NCBI RefSeq assembly: GCF_000181795.1
Contig: NW_003526940.1
Coordinates: 3,255,696-3,275,695 of the forward strand
Length of the DNA: 20,000 nucleotides
Source: Trichinella spiralis
Taxonomy: Eukaryota
Reading direction: 5' to 3'
The position numbers and the translations under genes are program-made. This document shows, in pieces, positions 12,234-20,000 of this stretch. Positions within the stretch are counted from its first letter, which is position 1. Each line of letters begins with the position of its first letter. The notes under the pieces are model-generated. The model saw only the letters and a program-made list of their open reading frames with translations. It did not search any database and was not told where the DNA came from.

Positions 12234-12783
12234 TTAGGCAGCATTGTTATCCGCATTGTCGTTGATGCTGAATTCGCAACAGACGCAATTTAAATATTCA
12301 CACTGTTTGTTTGATAAAAAAAGTAATAAATTATTATCAGTTATTAATATACAAAAAAATAATAACGCATACATTTCTTGTTGAACTATGCAAACACGGG
12401 CAAGCGAAGCAGCTGCCAAGATCGATTGGCTTCATTGGACAAAGAGTGGTCAATTTTTTTCGAAAACTGAACTCTTTGCATTTGCAATAATTTTGACAAC
12501 AGCTTAGCAAACAATTGCAATTTTGCCACAGCTGGCATCTGTAAGCGGTCGGTGAAATGTAGCCTTTAGCCTGATTGAATAAAGTAATTCAAAATCAGTT
12601 GAAAAGGAAAATGAAATTATCAACACTGACCATTAAAACTTGTCGAATGAAAAGAAGCGCAACCGTCACAATGAAATAAATAAACAACGATAAAGCTATA
12701 ATTGCAGGCAACGGGATTACTGATTTTTCCGACTTTTCAACTAACGCAGCTGCTGCTGACTCAGTGCCGTTATATCCAAGCAT
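12234..12783 (-). CDS. Uncharacterised small single-pass membrane protein with Cys-rich C-terminal region, 139 aa, 3 exons
   Basis: Exons 12783-12631, 12570-12373, 12302-12234 have phase-0 GT-AG introns of 60 and 70 nt. Product: MLGYNGTESAAAALVEKSEKSV-IPLPAIIALSLFIYFIVTVALLFI-RQVLMAKGYISPTAYRCQLWQNCNCLLSCCQNYCKCKEFSFRKKLTTLCPMKPIDLGSCFACPCLHSSTRNCEYLNCVCCEFSINDNADNNAA*. Confidence 0.8.
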
Positions 12784-12812
12784 TCGCAAACGTGGACAGA
12801 AACAAATACACT

Positions 12813-12826
12813 GTTGCCATGACAAC
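12813..12826. promoter_or_regulatory. X-box (RFX/DAF-19 binding site)
   Basis: GTTGCCATGACAAC (GTTGTCATGGCAAC on -) matches the GTHNYY-AT-RRNAAC consensus on both strands; 29 bp upstream of the ATG at 12783. Confidence 0.7.
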
Positions 12827-13215
12827 GATCAAATTCAAATCCATCCTTCATGTTTAACAAGAAACGCTAATAAAAAGTAGGTAGTAACAAAAAGTTTCAG
12901 TTTTGTCACAATATTTCCACTTTGAAAATAACTGAATTTCAATTGAATTCGAATTTCCATCACTGAGACTTTAAAATTTGTTAAGGAATTTTCGATTAGC
13001 ACTATATTTGACTGCATAACACTATACACTGAAGCACATATTTACAACAAGGCTGTCCTACTTTTTACACTATTCTAATCATTTATAATATCTGGTGAAA
13101 ACACATCCATCATATGCTAATAATAACAACAAAAACAATAATAATTCCGTTTCCATTTAAAACAACTTTATTTAACATTATAAATATAAATGACACACTA
13201 CGGAATATGAATTTT

Positions 13216-14786
<1,571 letters not shown>

Positions 14787-15218
14787 TTACTTACAGTTCA
14801 AAGCATACTGTAGAAAAGTAAGTTTCTTTATACAGCATAAAATCAATTCAGTAAAATAGCTTACATTTTTTTGAGAACTCTTCAATAAGCCAAAAGATTC
14901 TTATTGCTCAATTTTGTTCTTGTAAGTTTGCTTTTTCATTTTATTTTTTCAAGTCTAGACTGATCAACATACTGTTTTCGATATAATTCGAGAATAACTA
15001 AGCAAATATGTAATATACAAATTCCGATTTTACAATAATGATCCAATCTGGACTATATTGCAATATATACCATGGGCAAAGATGGACAATACAATAATAA
15101 CGTTTAATATGGAAAAAGACCATTCCTAAATTTAGAGATATTGTGCCACGCCAATCAGCTAATCTTCATATTGAAAAAATGGATTGCCTGTAATATTACA
15201 ATAATGTGCAAAATTAAG

Positions 15219-16853
15219 CGTTACGGCATTTAGTTTTCGATAGTCGACATAGAAACGAGGGGAGCCATCCTTCTTCCGAACCAGTACCACCGGTGAACTT
15301 CAGGTACCTGCGGCCGGTTCAATTACTCCCGCTTGTAGCATCTCCCGGATCAGTTGATCCATCACTTCCCTCTGCGCTAGGGGGACGGTGCGAGGTGGCA
15401 GTTTTACCGGTTGGACTACTTCGGTCTCAATGTAGTGCTAGAAGGTTGGAAAAAAAGTTTGTCTGAGCTCAGTCTCACCGCACGAGACAGCCTTCCTACA
15501 CCGCGGAAGTATGCTGCCTAGGGCCTGTTTACTCCGCGCAGAGCACTCCGCTCCGTCCACCAGAGCGCATTCGCACGCTTCCAGATCACCGTTGTCCGTC
15601 TCAGGTTCCACTCCTCCAGTCTCCTCACGTGGCACTTCATAAGCAATCGGCGTTATCCGGGCGCATCTGATGCTGGGGCACGCGGCTTGGTCGATTCGCG
15701 GACAATCCTGACCCTTCGCCGTCCGTCATGGTCATCTCCCGGTCTTGCCAGTCGATCACCTTGACGAAATGATCGAAGAAGTTCGTACCTGAGATCCCCG
15801 GTACGACCAGGTTCTCCACCACTGTGACATGTATCTGTCCTCTCCAGTTTCCCAGCTGGAGCGACCATATTCCCTGGCCGCAGAGGCGCACCCTTCGCCT
15901 GACGTCGAGTAGGATGGAGCCTCTGGCAGCTCCCAAGGGCTCATCCTCGGTAGCTCTGCGCCAGGCTGACATCAGTACTACGGAAACAACCGCCCCATTG
16001 TCCAAAAGGAAAAAAATTTCCAGCCCATTTGCCTTACCTGTGACTGGCGGTGATTGTCTGGCTTGCAGTTCCGTCATCGCCAGGAGACAGCGGTCCCTGG
16101 TTCTGCTGCTCTGAGTACTCGCCAGCCAGGTTCGGGCACGTAGCTGGGGACAGTCCCGTTGAATGTGACCCAGACCACCGCAATAGAAGCATTCCATTGC
16201 CCTCTGAGAGGGATGCAAGCGGGACGGCCTATCTCGTGTCTCCTCCAGCTTGTCCAGGCTTGAATTTGATCGTGATCGGGCTTCCACAGCCCTGTCCAGG
16301 CCGTCGTCAGCTGCTTTCCGCCGACCTTCCTCGATCTCAGTTACGCATTCCGCCAGCTGCTGTGCCAATACGAGGGTCGCCGGCTGCCGCAGACGGAGCT
16401 CTGTACGCCAGGCCGATGATAAAATGGCCGACCAGTTCGCTCTCTGATTTCCCGGCCCTGCGTCCCACTTCGTCCACTTCTCGTGCAAAATCGCGGATGG
16501 GCTGGTTCCGCTGCTTCCGAAGACAGCTGAAGCGCATTTCCAGTCGAATCGGAAACTCGCAATGGCCGTACGTTGCCAGTATGCAGCGTTTGAGCTCGCA
16601 GGAGTTGTCCCGTGTCGGGCCTTAACAGGCAGTTCCGACTCCCCTCAGTGCCATTTCCCAGACAGGCCTCCAATGTAACGACTGGATCGCTTCCTGATTC
16701 AGGGTTTCGGACGGGACAATTGCTCGCCAAGTTTTCTACTAGCCTGCGTTCTCGTCTCCTCGATGGCATCTCGTCTGCATTCTCCACTTCGTCCGCACTC
16801 GCAGCTTCAATAATAGTGTCCGCGAAGTTCCCTTCGCTGTTTTTCTGCCCCAT
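15219..16853 (-). pseudogene. Disrupted gag-pol (capsid-like, zinc knuckle, protease, RT N-terminus)
   Basis: ATG at 16853. The capsid-like segment ELKRCILATYG...RFSCLRKQRNQPIRDFAREV...FIIGL is in a shifted frame. CFYCGGLGHIQRDC knuckle (~16191-16150); protease LLDNGAVVSV (16002-15994 D-N-G) and ISGTNFF; RT start HYIET..QPVKLPPR.VP...[37 protein letters not shown]. Several frameshifts and in-frame stops. Confidence 0.88.
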
Positions 16854-16855
16854 CG

Positions 16856-16875
16856 GTCCTCACCGCTGCAATATA
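16856..16875 (-). other. Degenerate primer-binding site (tRNA-Leu-like)
   Basis: TATATTGCAGCGGTGAGGAC immediately 3' of the LTR resembles TGGTGGCAGCGGTGGGAT, the complement of a tRNA-Leu 3' end (...ATCCCACCGCTGCCACCA). The GCAGCGGTG core is intact and the TGG start is mutated. Confidence 0.55.
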
Positions 16876-17319
16876 TGAGAAGGCTGACGCCGCAGGGAGG
16901 CATTGGCGTGACCTGACTGAAATTTGATCCCCAGTTGATCCTAGCTTTGATTTTGCGTTATTCTCACGCAGTGTTAGACTGTGATAGCATGAAAGCGGAA
17001 ATTCTGCACTCCTAGACATGTCCGGATCGGTTGCCAAGATTTTGAAATTCCGGGACCAGTCCTACGGAAAGCCAACCTCCAATTCGTAGCGCCTCCTTTC
17101 CGTTCACCCTAATGTTTTTATCTTTTTCATCTTACCATTACTAGCGATTATTTTGCCTCCCAGTTTGGTTAAGTCGTTAATAGCTGTGAAACTGCATAAC
17201 AAAAAACAACTTTGCACTGAACATACAGATCCAAAGCGAACATACACACAAGGGTCATAAATAGGACTAATCTTTATGCGAGTTGTGAAATCCTCGAGTG
17301 TTAACGGCCGACCGTATCA
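16876..17319 (-). repeat. Putative 5' LTR (~444 bp)
   Basis: On the - strand it begins TGATACGG and ends CCTTCTCA (TG...CA, 6/8 inverted-terminal match). It abuts a PBS-like sequence and gag, and composition returns to AT-rich beyond 17319. There is no second copy in the window to confirm the boundaries. Confidence 0.6.
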
Positions 17320-18084
17320 TTATTATTAGTTGCATCATTCTACAAAAATACAGAAACAAAAAATGAACGGCCTAAAGAAGAGATAACTGAACAAAGAGAT
17401 ATTAAATAAACATGTTTATCGAAGTCAATCACTGTTTCTTTTTACGTTTGCAAAATAGTAAACCGCGCTCGCCATCATGACGTAAGAGAAACTTGTGAGG
17501 ATTTTAAAGTTGTTTATGGCACTTTTACTTCAAAATAATGCAGTGCAATGCAAAGTTTTGACGTATTTTCTGAAAATAAAATAGAGTTTTCATTTCTTGA
17601 CCAAAATTAAATTTTTGTTTATTAATTAATACTTTTATTGTTTTTTGAAGGATAATGCATGTTATATCATTTTAAACATTTATAATAAAGAAAATTGAAA
17701 AATAAGAGCTGTTCTAGGAGCTTATTGAAATAAATGTATTCATTTTTATTGTTATTAAATTTAGAATATAAGTAAATGGAGGTCTTTAATTTGTCAAACT
17801 TGATTTGATTTGATTTCAAAGTAACAGCAAATTCCCAACCCATTGACAGTTTCACATTTGTCACTGCTTCGTCCCTTTTGCGGTTGATCCAACTGCATTC
17901 AGTTGCCGTTGCATGTAGTGTCAGTTATGGTAAGGTGACACCTTCCATGACAGAACAGCGTCATAGATAACGCCAGAGTCCTGCATGCTATCATTCAGAA
18001 AGCTAAAATAACTAAATTATGTTTGCTGGTTGCAAAAGTAAGCTGTCAGTAAATGTTTTGGCAAAATACTTTTTTTAATGACAA

Positions 18085-18135
18085 ACTACAATATAATACA
18101 ATACAATACAATGCAATACAATGCAATACAATATA
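18085..18135. repeat. Imperfect (AATAC)n pentanucleotide repeat
   Basis: actacaatataatacaatacaatacaatgcaatacaatgcaatacaatata seen directly. Confidence 0.85.
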
Positions 18136-19559
18136 TAGATCACTTAAAGCAGATCTGCATGTAATTTGCGATCAGATTTTGTGCCGCCAGCCAGTAAAAA
18201 AAATGAAACAAATTGCATCAAATGCATATGCCGCAACAAATCATGCTTTTCTCTTCAGAATCTTGCCTAAACAATCGCCAAACGAAACATTTTATAACGA
18301 GATTTAATAAATAAAATTAGCAGCTGCTCCTGATCAGCACTGTGAATGGGCACTACCATAAATGGTTGAACAAATTCTTGAAAATACTATTCATCAAGAT
18401 GGAGAAATCAAATTTTCATTCAAACAAAAAAATAATGAGCAATAAATAACAATTTCCTGTGAAACCAATGCAGCTTGCAGTTTCTATTTCAACGGCAGTG
18501 GAAAAAATTTCGAATCAAACCACTCCATTATAGCACTATTTGAAAAATTATCCAATTTCACAATGAAATGTGCTCCTTTTCCCAAATCCCTGGAAAAAAT
18601 ATAATCAAATAGAGTTTCAATTTCACCTACAACATTGCAATTCAACGAGTACAAAAAGCATGCTCTGATTGAGCGAACCAATTAATACACCGCCGTACAC
18701 CTGATGCTCATTTGTAAAAAAGCTTTCATAGCCAGTTTATTATTGAAATAGTAAAAAGACAGCATGAATAATGGAAAAGCATACAACTTTAAAATTTGAT
18801 ATTCTGTTTTGAAAAAAAATTGCCATCGCTAAAAGGAATTTCCTGCTCAAATGGTTTCATTCTCGTTCATCAATCAATGGGCTAAATTTGTACAGAAATC
18901 AATTATATCCACAAGCTGCATCCTCAAATCAAAAATCAATTATCACTCAAAGCAGCGCAATTTAGCCTTGCAACTTGTTTCTGCTCAGTGCATAGAAAAC
19001 TGTTCAAATGAACTTAAATGAGAACCCAATTTTCACATTTTGAAATATAAATCTTACAGATAATACATTATTATCACTGTTATTACAGAAAAAGAAAAAT
19101 TACTTTTCCAAACAGAAATCAATTTACGAAAAATATTTGAAAAGAGGAAAATAAAGAAACAAGGCATTTCTTTTTTCAATTTCCAAACAAAACTGCAAAC
19201 GCTTAACCAATTAATTAAAGTAAGCTTTCGACGAAACGCGTCCTGATTCAACGTCTGTCGACACATTTGAATCAGATTAGTCAAATTGAACCGCACTGTT
19301 CGATAGTCAGCTACAGCAACTCAAACAAACCAGGCAGTTGTGCCATGCAAATAATAAAACAACGTACAAAATGCGAAATTTCCTATTCATTCGCCTTTAT
19401 TATTATTCTTCTTCTTCTCTGTTTGTGGAACAATTCAAATTCTTTAAAAATTCACATTTTCAACTGACAATTTGAGTAACAAAAAAAACAGAAAAACGTA
19501 TACAAAGCCAAATTTATTCATAATAAATACCAAACAATAGAAAAACCCCAAGTTATTGC

Positions 19560-20000
19560 TTATTTCTTTTTGGTTTTGGATGGCAAAATTCTTTTCGGTG
19601 ATTCAATACCCGTTTCTGGCATTTGAGAAGACACGGCTTATTTAAAGACCTTATCTTCGACAGATTTATTGCTTTTCTTCGATTTCGACCGCTTCTTTGA
19701 CTTCTTCTTAATCTTTTTAGAATCTTTCTTTTCAACTTTTGGTTCAGCTTCTATCACTGGTTTTTCAACTTTTTCTTCAGATATTGGTGGAACAGTGTTC
19801 GGCTGATCTACATCTATCGCTGTAACTTCACTTGCCAATGTTAGTTTCGGTGATGTAATATCCGTTTCTGGCATTTGAGAAGACGCTGCTTGTTTATAGA
19901 CTGTATCAGCGACAGTTTCTTACTTTTCTTTGATTTTGACCGTTTCTTTGACCTCTTCTAATCTTTTTGGAATCTTCCTTTCAATTTTGGTTCAGCTTCT
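19560..20000 (-). CDS. 3' end of a tandem-repeat Lys/Glu/Ser-rich protein gene (partial, disrupted; could be a pseudogene or an assembly error)
   Basis: A unit of ~250 bp (~84 aa) is repeated: 19610-19752 aligns with 19862-20000 (EAEPK..KKDSKKI...SKKRSKSKKS...SSQMPET.I.SPK). ORF 19874-19638 stops at TAA and the frame continues to a TAA at 19562-19560. The upstream copy has single-base deletions. Confidence 0.55.

Larger units (their letters stand above)
15219..17319 (-). mobile_element. Decayed, 3'-truncated Ty3/gypsy LTR retrotransposon
   Basis: GC-rich block in an AT-rich background. Order on the - strand is LTR, PBS, gag, CCHC knuckle, aspartic protease, then the RT N-terminus, which ends abruptly at ...[13 protein letters not shown] (15219). 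No RT core, RNase H, integrase or 3' LTR follows. Confidence 0.9.

Noticed and set aside
15653..17037. Many overlapping ORFs on both strands (e.g. 16050-16625 +, 16612-16878 +, 16807-17037 -)
   Set aside because: Shadow or alternative-frame ORFs of the GC-rich retrotransposon relic.
18484..18720. Possible - strand exons (DLGKGAHF...PLPLK*)
   Set aside because: Would need an intron of about 37 nt, has no valid start or upstream exon, and shows no homology I recognise.

Overview
AT-rich eukaryotic genomic DNA with many short (mostly 50-70 nt) introns, most consistent with a nematode; a clade I species such as Trichinella is my inference, not a database result. Hand-built splice models that keep the reading frame give five complete genes. 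Two are convergent ZP-domain (cuticlin-like) genes: + 3047-5817 (membrane-anchored) and - 8158-6214 (no TM segment). The others are ESS2/DGCR14 (+ 10159-12201), an uncharacterised 139-aa single-pass Cys-rich membrane protein (- 12783-12234) with a perfect RFX/DAF-19 X-box just upstream of its ATG, and KRR1 (- 14741-13216). Upstream of KRR1 lies a decayed, 3'-truncated Ty3/gypsy LTR retrotransposon (- 17319-15219; LTR, PBS, gag, zinc knuckle, protease, start of RT). The right edge holds the disrupted 3' end of a tandem-repeat Lys/Glu-rich gene. The main leads are the X-box-linked protein (candidate ciliary gene), two GC-AG introns (one in ESS2), an ESS2/neighbour stop-to-stop gap of only 32 bp, and a KRR1 model lacking the YTPFPP motif. 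I found no convincing novel multi-gene system.
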